From: Luteibacter sp.
GTDB taxonomy: Bacteria > Pseudomonadota > Gammaproteobacteria > Xanthomonadales > Rhodanobacteraceae
NCBI GenBank assembly: GCA_035603855.1
Contig: DATNJP010000440.1
Coordinates: 1-40,544, forward strand
Length of the DNA stretch: 40,544 bases
Direction of reading: 5' to 3'
Part shown: positions 20,083 through 29,405 of the stretch, one piece after another
How positions within the stretch are numbered: position 1 is the stretch's first letter
Layout of the letters: each line of letters starts with the position of its first letter
The notes under the pieces: model-generated
The model's input: the letters and a program-made list of their open reading frames with translations, nothing else
Databases searched by the model: none
What the model was told of the DNA's origin: nothing
Made by a program: the position numbers and the translations under genes

Positions 20083-20125
20083 GTGTCCGCGGACAAACTG
20101 TCCGGACACTCGGCAGTCCGGACAG
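20083..20125. promoter_or_regulatory. Putative upstream activating sequence (three related palindromes)
   Basis: TGTCCGCGGACA (20084-20095), TGTCCGGACA (20099-20108), AGTCCGGACA (20115-20124). Confidence 0.65.
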
Positions 20126-20140
20126 CCGCCCGGGAAAGCT

Positions 20141-20701
20141 TCAGACGGTGATGCCTACCGATTCGGAAGCCGCGATGTCGCGGGCCACGCCGCGACCCAG
20201 GGATGAGATGGGTACGTCGTAGGCGCCGAGCACGGTGAGGCCCGTGAGGTGACGGCGGGTGAACGACAGGATGCGCGCACGCGACGCGCGGAGCCATTCG
20301 CGATCCGGTGCGCGGTGATCCGGCGGCTCGATGGGGAGGGCATCGGCGAACAACCCGTCCCAGGCCAGGTAGTCGGTGTCCGGAAGCAGGTAGATGCGGG
20401 CCAGGGCGACGCCCTGCCCGCTGACGCAGTCGATCCACTCCCGGGGACCTTCGCACGTGACGGCGCATGTGAGGCCCACGTAGTGCGTGGCCAGCAGCGG
20501 CGCCAGATCCATCGATTCGACGAGGCAGCCACGAGGCGCCTCGGCGGCGACGCCGGGCGACACCCCCGGGGCGAGGTACAGCACGCCACCGAGCTGGCCG
20601 AGGCCTTCGAAGAGCGTGCGCGGCGCAAGCGCCAGCCAGCGCGTGGTGGCGGTGGAACGGGCGCGCGATTGCACGCCGAAGGATGCGAGCCAGCCGAACA
20701 T
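20141..20701 (-). CDS. Hypothetical protein resembling a single HemS/ChuX-like domain
   Basis: 'AVTCEGPREWIDCVSGQG...ARIYLLPDTDYLAWDGL' pattern recalls xanthomonad 'hemin transport protein'; downstream of hemP; GGGAG ribosome-binding site. Confidence 0.55.
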   Translation of the reverse strand: MFGWLASFGVQSRARSTATTRWLALAPRTLFEGLGQLGGVLYLAPGVSPGVAAEAPRGCLVESMDLAPLLATHYVGLTCAVTCEGPREWIDCVSGQGVALARIYLLPDTDYLAWDGLFADALPIEPPDHRAPDREWLRASRARILSFTRRHLTGLTVLGAYDVPISSLGRGVARDIAASESVGITV

Positions 20702-20792
20702 GGCGTCTCCCGGTGACGATAGCGGTCGAGGGATGCCTGGCTGGGCGGTCCGGGGAGAACCCGCGTGGCTTGGCGTCTGGGAGGAGCGGCGC

Positions 20793-20990
20793 TTACTTGG
20801 TAAGGATGAGCTTGTCGTTGCGGGTCAGGCGCAGGTGGTACTCACTGCCCTGGTGTTCGATGACCAGCTCGCGCGAGCCATCGAGCAGGTTCTTGCTCTC
20901 GACGCGGCGAATGGCCGCCGGCGCCGCGCGAAGCGGGACGACCTTGTCGCGGCCGCCATTGTCGGAAAGGGGGAGCGTTCGAAGCAGCAT
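20793..20990 (-). CDS. hemP: Hemin uptake protein HemP/HmuP
   Basis: C-terminal signature 'IEHQGSEYHLRLTRNDKLILTK'. Confidence 0.92.
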   Translation of the reverse strand: MLLRTLPLSDNGGRDKVVPLRAAPAAIRRVESKNLLDGSRELVIEHQGSEYHLRLTRNDKLILTK

Positions 20991-21023
20991 GATCGTGACT
21001 CCGCGATTGAGGGTGCGGAGTTG

Positions 21024-21051
21024 ATGATAATGATTCTCAATTACACGTCAA
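21024..21051 (-). promoter_or_regulatory. Fur box overlapping sigma-70 promoter of hemP
   Basis: Minus strand GTAATTGAGAATCATTATC (21044-21026) matches GATAATGATAATCATTATC at 15/19, inside TTGACG-N16-TATCAT. Confidence 0.85.
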
Positions 21052-21055
21052 GCCC

Positions 21056-21526
21056 TCAGGCCTCGACGAGCATTTCCGACAGCGTCTCTTCGAGCTGCTC
21101 GAGGTCCGGAATCACCGCCGTATCGTCACGGACCAGCACCCGGGCGCGCACGCCGAACGGCAGGTCGTGCCCGTCGTGGGTCGGCAGGAGAAGCTCCGAG
21201 TTGAGCGTGGTCAGGCGCGGGAAGCCATGGGTCAGCACGGCGATATAGGGCATGTCCGGGCGCTGGCCCACCGCCTTCAGCACGGCCACGCGCGACGCCT
21301 GTGGCGGTGCGTCGTCGGGCAGGCTGGCGACATGGTCGAAGCTGACCAGCGGGATGCTCCAGCCGCGCCAGGCGATCCGGCCTACCAGCCATGACGGCGA
21401 GTCGGCCACCGGCTCGACGCCGGCCAGCGTGATGACTTCGGCGACGGCCGCGTTGGGCAGCAGCAAGCGCACGCCACCGCTGGGAATCAGGACGCAGCGG
21501 ATTTCGCGCGGTAACGGCTCGCTCAT
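21056..21526 (-). CDS. chpC: CheW-like coupling protein of the Chp system
   Basis: 'LLLPNAAVAEVI', 'WLVGRIAWRGWSIPLVSF'; last gene of pil-chp cluster. Confidence 0.88.
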   Translation of the reverse strand: MSEPLPREIRCVLIPSGGVRLLLPNAAVAEVITLAGVEPVADSPSWLVGRIAWRGWSIPLVSFDHVASLPDDAPPQASRVAVLKAVGQRPDMPYIAVLTHGFPRLTTLNSELLLPTHDGHDLPFGVRARVLVRDDTAVIPDLEQLEETLSEMLVEA

Positions 21527-23241
21527 GGGAATTCCTCGATCAGTTTCTGTGCCAGCGCGCGAACGTCGCCGGCGTAACCGGCCACGCGCTCCTCGCGAAT
21601 GCCGGCGACCATGTGGCCGGCTTCGGATTCGGGCGGCACGGTCTCCACCCAGACGCGGCCACCGGCATCGTAGACCGCCTGCGCGCCAGCGACGGCGTCA
21701 TTGCCCTTGCCGGCGAAGACGATCGCCAGCGCATCGGCGCCGAAACCACCCGCCATCGTGCTGAGGATGCCGTCGATCGACGGACCCCGTGCACTCGTCG
21801 CGCTGCCGTCGTCACGGACCGTGACGCTGCCGTCGCGGCGGATCTGTACATGCGAACCGCGCGGCACGACAAGGCATTCGCCATGCACCGTGTGGGTCTG
21901 GTCGACGGCGACGCGCGCGCGGCCGAGCCGCGCGGCGAACGCCTCTGAATCGTCTTCGTGATGCGCCGCCACCAGAAGCACGCCGGGAAGGCGCTGGGGC
22001 AACGCGGCGAGGAACGCGGCGATCGACGCTTCGCTTTCCTGCGTGCCGCCGAGCGCGATCACGCGACGGACTGCGCGGGGCGCCGCCTCGAGGAACATCT
22101 CGTGGGCGAAGTCGCCATCGGTCCTGGGCGCCACGGCTTCTTCCATCGAGACGAGTTCGAGCGTGAAGCCCGACTCGATCCCATGGGTGCCGTCATCGAC
22201 GACATCCTGCGCCAGGTATTCCGCGGCGCTGATCGTCTCGATGCCGAACTCGGCGGGTTCGGCGCGGGCGACCGGCTCGGCGACGATCGTGTCGTGGTCG
22301 ACCAGATCCCATTCCGGCACCGGCGGCGGCACGTATTCGGTGGCGCGTCCCTCGATCTGCAACGAAGGCGTGGTGTCCTGCGGCGCGGGCGACGCTTCGT
22401 CGTCCATCGACGCAAGGCTGAAGCGGCTGATATCGAAATCGCTTTCCGGCACGGGTGCCGGCGGCGGCGCTTCCTCGATCACTTCGAACCCGGACAGGTC
22501 CAGCGAGGCGAGTTCGGTCAATTCGACAGGAGCGGACGGGACCGTTTCGAGGCCGTCCGACGCATCGAGCGACGCCGCATCGGTATCCGCGAGCAGGGCC
22601 TCGAGCTCGGCGGCGAGTTCGACTGGATCGGCACCCTCGCCTTCCTCGTCGGACTCCGACAGGGGCGTGGAAAAATTCAGTGCGTCGCCGGTGTCGACGG
22701 CGATGTCATCCACCACGCCCGACGATACCGGTGCGAGGTCTTCATCGACGGCCATCGGCGTTTCTGGATAGCCGTGGCTGCCCGTGATGGCCAGATCATC
22801 CACCAGCGGTTCGTCGAGGAACTCCTCGGCAGGCGCAGCGACACCGGCCATGGCGGTCACTCGCGGCTCGATGGCCCGGGCGTCCTCGGGACGCGGCGGA
22901 TCGAGCGCCAGTTCACCTACCAGTTTCGCTGCCAGGTGACGTGCCCAGCGGGCACGGTCCCAACCTTCGAGTTTGCGGCTGACGTCGGCATCGTTGAACA
23001 CGAGGCGCGGATGACCGCCTTCCACGGTGTCGTAAAGACGGTCGAGGTCGGCGTCGCTGGGATCGTCAAGGTCCACGACCACGACATTCGCCGAAGAACC
23101 GACCAGCTCGGCGGGCGCGAACGAGCGCAGGTCCGACTCGTAGACGATCCTCGCGCCTTGCGCGACGAGGGCGTCACGCAGGTTCGCGGAGAGTCCGGCG
23201 TCGTCGAACAGCAGCGCGACCGTCGCCTCGCGATCAGCCAT
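21523..23241 (-). CDS. chpB: ChpB-like protein: pseudo-receiver, long acidic linker, degenerate CheB methylesterase domain
   Basis: 'WDRARWARHLAAKL', 'GPSIDGILS', 'IVFAGKGNDAVAGAQAV'; position between chpA and chpC. Confidence 0.78.
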   Translation of the reverse strand: MADREATVALLFDDAGLSANLRDALVAQGARIVYESDLRSFAPAELVGSSANVVVVDLDDPSDADLDRLYDTVEGGHPRLVFNDADVSRKLEGWDRARWARHLAAKLVGELALDPPRPEDARAIEPRVTAMAGVAAPAEEFLDEPLVDDLAITGSHGYPETPMAVDEDLAPVSSGVVDDIAVDTGDALNFSTPLSESDEEGEGADPVELAAELEALLADTDAASLDASDGLETVPSAPVELTELASLDLSGFEVIEEAPPPAPVPESDFDISRFSLASMDDEASPAPQDTTPSLQIEGRATEYVPPPVPEWDLVDHDTIVAEPVARAEPAEFGIETISAAEYLAQDVVDDGTHGIESGFTLELVSMEEAVAPRTDGDFAHEMFLEAAPRAVRRVIALGGTQESEASIAAFLAALPQRLPGVLLVAAHHEDDSEAFAARLGRARVAVDQTHTVHGECLVVPRGSHVQIRRDGSVTVRDDGSATSARGPSIDGILSTMAGGFGADALAIVFAGKGNDAVAGAQAVYDAGGRVWVETVPPESEAGHMVAGIREERVAGYAGDVRALAQKLIEEFP

Positions 23242-26200
23242 GGTGGACTCCGAGCACGTCGTTGATCTGCACGATGAGGTCGTTCTCCTGGTACGGCTTG
23301 CCGATGTAGCGGTCTACGCCGATGTCGAAGGCGCGCTGGCGGTGCTTATCACCGGTACGCGAGGTGATCATGATGATCGGCACGCCAGCCAGACGCTCGT
23401 CGGCCTTCATCTGCGTGGCCAGCTCATAGCCGTCCATGCGCGGCATCTCGATGTCGAGCAGCATCAGGTCGGGCACGCGCTCGTTGAGCTTCTCGAGTGC
23501 ATCGACGCCGTCCTTCGCCGTCATCACTTCGAACTCGTGACGCTCCAGCACGCGGCCGGTGACCTTGCGCATGGTGATCGAGTCGTCGACCACCATGACC
23601 AGCGGCTTGACGCGCACTTCGTCCTGAGCGCGCGGCGCATGCGGCACGAGCGACTCGGCTTCGAACGCGCGGCGGGCCACGCCATGACGCACCAGCGGGG
23701 CCAGGTCCAGAATCATCAGCACCGAGCCGTCGCCCATGATCGTCGCGCCGAGGATGCCCGGCACCGAACTCACCTGCGGACCCACCGGCTTGACCACGAT
23801 TTCGCGTGAGCCAAGCACGGCGTCGACCCGGATCGCCGCGCGCAGGTCGCCCGAGCGAGCGAGCAGGAGCGGGATGTCGCCTTCGTCCGGCGTCGACAGG
23901 ACATGCACGCCCAGCAACTGCGGGAGGTCGTGGATGCCGTAGTCCTCACCCACGTACTCGAAGCTGGGCGATTCGTCCGCCATGCGGTGGGCCAGTTCGT
24001 TCGGCGCCACGCGCGCCACGCCGTGCACCGACGTCATCGGGATCGCGAAGTTGGTTTCACCGATACGGACGATCAGTGCCTGGGTCACCGCGAGGGTGAA
24101 CGGCAGGCGCATCACGAAGGTCGTGCCAGTGCCCTTGTGCGACTCGATGCCTAGCGTGCCGCCGAGCTGCTTGATCTCGTTGGCGACCACGTCCATGCCG
24201 ACGCCACGGCCGGCCACCTGGGTGACCTTCTCCGCCGTGGAGAAGCCGGGCACCTGGGTCAGCTGGAAGATCTGGTCGTCGGAAACACGCGCGTCCGGAC
24301 GCAGCAGGCCACGCTCGATAGCCTTGGCGCGGATCGCGTCGCGATCCATGCCGGCGCCGTCGTCGGACAGGCGCACGACCACCTCGGTGGCTTCGCGCGA
24401 CACCTGGATGCGCACGGTGCCTTCCGCGTTCTTGCCGGCGGCTTCGCGGGCTTCGGGCGCTTCGATACCGTGTGCGACGGCGTTGCGCAGCATGTGCTCG
24501 AACGGCGCCTTGATGCGGTCGAGCATGTTGCGGTCCATTTCGCCGTTCGCACCCTCCACCACCAGTTGGGCGCGCTTGCCCACGTCGGAGGCGGCCTGGC
24601 GAAGCGTACGGCGCAGGTTCGGCACCATCGCGTCGAACGGCAACATGCGCGTCTGCATGAGACCTTCCTGCAGTTCCGCGTTGACCCGCTGCTGCTGGAG
24701 CAGGAGGTTCTCGGACTGACGGGTCAGCTCATCCAGGATGGTCTGCAGCGACACAAGGTCGGACACCGACTCGGCCAGTGCTCGCGAGTACTGCTGCAAC
24801 TGCGAGAAGCGGTCGAGTTCGAGCGGATCGAAGTTCGTCACGCCGGTGTCGCGGTGTTCCTGGTGGTAGCGCGCGATGATCTGCGCTTCCGTTTCGATTT
24901 CCAGCATGCGCAGCTGGCTGCGCAGGCGGCTGACCGTCTGCTCGTGCTCGGTGAGCGCCGAACGGAAGCTCGCCGTCTGCTGTTCCAGGCGCGAACGGTA
25001 GATGGACACTTCGCCCGCGTGGTTGACCAGCGTGTCGAGCATGTCTGCGCGAACGCGGATCTGCTCCTGCGATGCGCGCTGCAGCTCTTCTTCCTCGAAC
25101 TCCGGCAGGAGGTCGGGAAGGTCACGGTCGAGCAACGGCGCCTGCTCCGGTTCCGGCACGGGCTCGTGCACCGGGGCGTACTCGACGATCGCGGCTTCGC
25201 GCTCTTCGCGATAAGCCTCGGCGGTGAGCGTATCCGGCGCGATCGGCGCACCCGCGAGGCGTGCGAACGGCTCGATGTCGGCGTCGGTCAGGCCAATGGG
25301 CTTGCCCAGGGCGATGTTCTGCACCATGCCGTGCAGGCGGTCGAAGCCTGCCTCGGTCGCCTCGATGGACGGACGGTCGCTCTCACGCTGGCCACCGGCC
25401 ACCGCGTCGAGGAGCGCTTCCATCGCATGGGCGAGGTCGCCGACCGCCGCCATGCCGGCCATGCGCGCACTGCCCTTCAGCGTGTGCAGGTCGCGCTGCA
25501 GGGCGGTGACGTGTTCCGGCTGTTCCGGCTCGGCGCGCCACGCGGCCAGCGCGGCATCGGCGTGGTCGAGAATCTCGCGACCTTCCTCGACGAACACCTC
25601 GAGCAGGTCCGGATCGATATCGGCATACGGCGAAAGCTCGGGCACGAGCGCGACGACCGGCTCGTCCACCGGCGTGTGCACCGGTTCGGCAAGCGGCTCG
25701 TGCGACTGGTCCACGATGGGTTCGTCGGCGATGAAACCTTCTTCCTCCGACACCGTTTCGTCGATCGGTTCCTCGACGATACGGGGTTCGACAAGGCCGT
25801 CATCGGTATGCAGCACGTCGCCGTCATGCGACATCGGCTGCGGCAACGCCTCTTCGACAGCGGGCGTGTGCACGGATACCGGGGTCGGCTGGACGTCGGA
25901 AGCGTCGGCGGTTTCGATATCGCTGAGCAAGGAGCGCCATTCGGCTTCCTGCTCCGGGTCGAAAGCCAGGATCGGCTTGACCTCGCCTTCCGGCTTGTCG
26001 ATCTCGAAACTCTCCAACGAAGCCAGCAGCTCGGCCGTGAATTCGTCGCTGCTGCCCGCCGGCTCGACCGGCGGCAGTTCGATGGCCGGAAGCTCGTGCT
26101 CATCCGCGACGTGCGGGGTCTCGTTCACCGCATCGCGTTCTGCGAGTTCGCCAGCGAGCATGGCTTCGAGTTCCGCCTCGAGGCCAATATCGTCCGCGAG

Positions 26201-29200
26201 CAGGGTCTCGTCCAGCGAAGGCACGCTGGAGATCTCTTCCACCTGTTCCGGCAGATACGACTCCGCCGTTTCCGAACGGGCCTCGACAGGAAGGGTGACT
26301 TCGTCGGCGACCTCGTGGTGGGCGACGAGGTCGTCAGCCACGGCTTCGTCGTCGAGCGGTTGCGGATCCGGCTCGTACAGGATGTGCGCGACCGTCGCTT
26401 CCGGCTGCTCGTCGCGCAATGTGGCGATCTTCGTCGCCAGCGCGGTGACATCCGGCACGCGCGGATCGGGCGCGTCGAACTGCTCCATCACATGGTCGAC
26501 AAGGTCGGCGGCGTCCGTGAGTGCGTCGACGCCTTCCACGCGCAGCGGCAGGCCCGTGGCGCGCACGCGCTTGATCAGGCCTTCCAGCGGCGCCAGCACC
26601 TGGATCAGCACCGGGATGTCGACCATGCCGATGGCGCCGTGCAGCGTATGCACCGCGCGCAGCAAGGCATCGTCCACCGGCAGTTCGCCGTCGCCGGCGG
26701 CAGCCAGGTTGGCCCGGATCACGTTGAGGTACTGCGCCACTTCCGTACGCAGGATATCGAGCAGCACCGCATCCACCGGCGGCAGCGGCGGCGCGTTGTA
26801 GGTTGGCTCCGTAGCGGATTCCGATGCCGGCTCGACCGACGCCGGGGCTTCGACCGGTGTCTGTCCGTACGCGGCGAAACCGGCGGTCGGCACGGCGGCG
26901 ATGGTGTCGCGCGGCACGCGGCGCTTGACCTTGCTGCGTACGCGATGAATGGAACTGCGCGCCACGTCCTCGACGTAGGCGGTGTCGCCCATCGCCAGGC
27001 GGTCGGCGGTTTCCATGATCGCGGCGATCGGCGCGGCCGGCGTCGCGTCGCCTTCCAGGGCGGCCTTGAGCTGTGGCAGCGCGTCCACGGCATGACGGAC
27101 CAGCGCCTGCACGCCATCGTGCGGGGCGATCGTGCCGTCGAGCACGCGGTTGAGCATGTTCTCGACCTTCCAGGCGAACTCGCCCAGCAGGCGGGCACCG
27201 ACAAGACGGCCGGAACCCTTCAGGGTGTGGAACGAACGGCGGATCGGCACCATCGCGTCGCTGCGTTCCGGATCGGTCAGCCAGTGGCCGAGTCCCGCAC
27301 GCAGGTTGGCGATTTCTTCCTCGGTTTCCTCGAGGAAGATCTCGCGGATCTCGTCGTCGATACCGTCGACGGTGATCTGGAAGCCGGCGAACTCGGCCAT
27401 GCCGTGGCCGCCCACTTCCTGCTCGACCTCTTCCTCGATCTCGACCCAGTCCTCTTCGCCGGAAGCGGCCACAGGCGCTTCCTGGGCGACGGGCTCGACG
27501 GCCATGGCGGCAAGTTCGTCGTCGGTCGGCGGCTCGTCGATGAGATCGAAGCTGTCGGCGAAGCTGGAGACGGTTTCACCCGCGTCGACGCTGGTCGACG
27601 GCACGGCGATATGTTCGATCGCGGCGGCCTCGATCTCCTCGAGGGTCGCCTCGCCGAGTGCCTCGTTCTCGTCCTCGTCCCCGGTCGGGATCGGCCAGTA
27701 ACCGAGTTCAGCCAGGCTGTGCTGGGTGACGTCGAGGATATGTTCCAGGCCACCGCGGTGTTCGCGGGCGGCTTCGAGGTAGTACTCGAGTGCGGCGAGC
27801 GCATCCGCCAGGCGGTCCATCTGCACGCCATTGGGCACGCGGCGGTCGCCGAGCAGTTCGCGATGGATGAACAGGCCGATGCCATCGGCGAGTTCGGCAG
27901 GACGGGCCGCACCGAGCATGCGCATGGCGCCGCCGATCTCGGCCATCAGTTCCGGCGTACCGGCCAGCTGGTCGTGATCCCACGACGATTCGACGAAGCC
28001 GACGATCGCGTCCTTCACCTTGGAGGTGTTGGCCGTGGCTTCGCGCATCAGCGTGGAAAGGATATGACGCGCTTCGCTACGCGGAAGCGGCGACGGGCCG
28101 AGGTCGCCCGAGGGCGAGGTCTGGTCGCCTTCCGCGCCGAGGCGTTCGATATGGTCGTCCAGCGAGGCTTCGACGTAGAGCAGCGCGCCGGCGACGTCCA
28201 GCAACGACTCTTCGTCCGGCTCGCGCGCGCCCGTGGCGATTTCGCCGAGGATGCGGCGCTGTTCGCCCACCACGCGGCGCGGCACGCCCAGGGCGAGCAT
28301 GCCCAGGGTGTCGCCCACGCGGTCGAGCACTTCCGTCTGCAGCCCGAGCTGCGCGGGATCGCCATCGGGGCGGCGCAGGAACAGGTCGAGCGCTTCCTTT
28401 ACGCGAAGCAGGTCGTCCTTGATGGCCGCCGAGACGGTGTCGAGCAGCGCACGGTTGTGGCCCGACATCGAACCACGGGCATGCTCGAGTTCCGCCGCCT
28501 GCGGCAGCAGGCCTTCCAGGCGGTAGGTCTGGCGCAGTTCTTCGATGCGGTCGCTGCCCGGCTTGGCCTGGGCGACGTAATAAAGGAGCTTGCGCGCCAG
28601 TTCGTCGGAATCGCCGTTGAGCAGCGCTTCCTCGCCACCGTCGACCAGTTCGCGGATGGAACGGTCGACGCGGCCGATCAGCTGGCGAACATCTTTCTCG
28701 TGCGCGCGCAGCACGCCGCGCTCGAGGCCTTCGAGCACGCCGGCGGCGATCCACCACAGGCGACGGCCCGCGATGGTGTAGCAACGCGCGGCGAGGCTAT
28801 CCAGCGTGGCGCGCATGCCAAGCAACTGGCGCTCGCTGCCCTGCCCACGGAACCACGCGAGCAGCTGTTGCTGGAAACGCACGCGCAACTCGCCAAGTTC
28901 GGCGCGGAACGCCTCGGCCATGCCGGGATCGTTCGCACCCGGCGCGCCCACGGGCAGCATGGTGTCGAGGTTGGGCGTGAACAGCGCGGACTCGTGCAGC
29001 GACTGCTCGCCACGGCTCTCGCGAAGGTCGTTGAGCAGGGGCAGCAGCACGATCGGCACGTCGCGATGGCCGCTCTGCAAGCGCTCGAGGTAATCGGGCA
29101 TCTGCATCATGCCGCGCATCAGCGCGGCATAGGCCTCGTCACGATGGGCGACGCGATTGTCGATCAGCGCGGCGACCAGTTGCTCCATCTCGCCGACAAC

Positions 29201-29401
29201 CATGGCGGCGCCGTAGAGCTCGACCATACGCAACGTGCCGTGGACCTGGTGCAGGTCCGCGGCGCAGGTGTGCATGACGTAGGCGTCGCGCGAGTCCTCG
29301 ACGTACGACTCGAGGGCCTGGCGTGCCTTGGACAAGGCGTCGTCGAGCTCGGCCTTGACCCAATGCAGCGTAGTGAAATCGGTATGGTCTTGAAGTCTCA
29401 C
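23234..29401 (-). CDS. chpA: Chp chemosensory kinase (multi-Hpt CheA-like with C-terminal receiver), ChpA/PilL
   Basis: Hpt motifs 'FHTLKGS','VHTLHGA','LHTLKGS'; 'HMLRNAVAHGIE'; 'GRGVGMDVV'; CheW domain; REC 'VVDDS...LLDIEMPRMDG'; GTG start at 29401. Confidence 0.95.
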   Translation of the reverse strand: MRLQDHTDFTTLHWVKAELDDALSKARQALESYVEDSRDAYVMHTCAADLHQVHGTLRMVELYGAAMVVGEMEQLVAALIDNRVAHRDEAYAALMRGMMQMPDYLERLQSGHRDVPIVLLPLLNDLRESRGEQSLHESALFTPNLDTMLPVGAPGANDPGMAEAFRAELGELRVRFQQQLLAWFRGQGSERQLLGMRATLDSLAARCYTIAGRRLWWIAAGVLEGLERGVLRAHEKDVRQLIGRVDRSIRELVDGGEEALLNGDSDELARKLLYYVAQAKPGSDRIEELRQTYRLEGLLPQAAELEHARGSMSGHNRALLDTVSAAIKDDLLRVKEALDLFLRRPDGDPAQLGLQTEVLDRVGDTLGMLALGVPRRVVGEQRRILGEIATGAREPDEESLLDVAGALLYVEASLDDHIERLGAEGDQTSPSGDLGPSPLPRSEARHILSTLMREATANTSKVKDAIVGFVESSWDHDQLAGTPELMAEIGGAMRMLGAARPAELADGIGLFIHRELLGDRRVPNGVQMDRLADALAALEYYLEAAREHRGGLEHILDVTQHSLAELGYWPIPTGDEDENEALGEATLEEIEAAAIEHIAVPSTSVDAGETVSSFADSFDLIDEPPTDDELAAMAVEPVAQEAPVAASGEEDWVEIEEEVEQEVGGHGMAEFAGFQITVDGIDDEIREIFLEETEEEIANLRAGLGHWLTDPERSDAMVPIRRSFHTLKGSGRLVGARLLGEFAWKVENMLNRVLDGTIAPHDGVQALVRHAVDALPQLKAALEGDATPAAPIAAIMETADRLAMGDTAYVEDVARSSIHRVRSKVKRRVPRDTIAAVPTAGFAAYGQTPVEAPASVEPASESATEPTYNAPPLPPVDAVLLDILRTEVAQYLNVIRANLAAAGDGELPVDDALLRAVHTLHGAIGMVDIPVLIQVLAPLEGLIKRVRATGLPLRVEGVDALTDAADLVDHVMEQFDAPDPRVPDVTALATKIATLRDEQPEATVAHILYEPDPQPLDDEAVADDLVAHHEVADEVTLPVEARSETAESYLPEQVEEISSVPSLDETLLADDIGLEAELEAMLAGELAERDAVNETPHVADEHELPAIELPPVEPAGSSDEFTAELLASLESFEIDKPEGEVKPILAFDPEQEAEWRSLLSDIETADASDVQPTPVSVHTPAVEEALPQPMSHDGDVLHTDDGLVEPRIVEEPIDETVSEEEGFIADEPIVDQSHEPLAEPVHTPVDEPVVALVPELSPYADIDPDLLEVFVEEGREILDHADAALAAWRAEPEQPEHVTALQRDLHTLKGSARMAGMAAVGDLAHAMEALLDAVAGGQRESDRPSIEATEAGFDRLHGMVQNIALGKPIGLTDADIEPFARLAGAPIAPDTLTAEAYREEREAAIVEYAPVHEPVPEPEQAPLLDRDLPDLLPEFEEEELQRASQEQIRVRADMLDTLVNHAGEVSIYRSRLEQQTASFRSALTEHEQTVSRLRSQLRMLEIETEAQIIARYHQEHRDTGVTNFDPLELDRFSQLQQYSRALAESVSDLVSLQTILDELTRQSENLLLQQQRVNAELQEGLMQTRMLPFDAMVPNLRRTLRQAASDVGKRAQLVVEGANGEMDRNMLDRIKAPFEHMLRNAVAHGIEAPEAREAAGKNAEGTVRIQVSREATEVVVRLSDDGAGMDRDAIRAKAIERGLLRPDARVSDDQIFQLTQVPGFSTAEKVTQVAGRGVGMDVVANEIKQLGGTLGIESHKGTGTTFVMRLPFTLAVTQALIVRIGETNFAIPMTSVHGVARVAPNELAHRMADESPSFEYVGEDYGIHDLPQLLGVHVLSTPDEGDIPLLLARSGDLRAAIRVDAVLGSREIVVKPVGPQVSSVPGILGATIMGDGSVLMILDLAPLVRHGVARRAFEAESLVPHAPRAQDEVRVKPLVMVVDDSITMRKVTGRVLERHEFEVMTAKDGVDALEKLNERVPDLMLLDIEMPRMDGYELATQMKADERLAGVPIIMITSRTGDKHRQRAFDIGVDRYIGKPYQENDLIVQINDVLGVHHG

Positions 29402-29405
29402 TGCA

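Noticed and set aside
20083-20125. Short repeats as a mini CRISPR array or IS end
   Set aside because: Units of 10-12 bp with 3-6 bp gaps, no cas or transposase genes; better explained as protein-binding sites
19978-20140. Small cargo/precursor peptide ORF for the exporter
   Set aside because: Region is occupied by promoter elements; short ORFs here lack ribosome-binding sites or leader-peptide features
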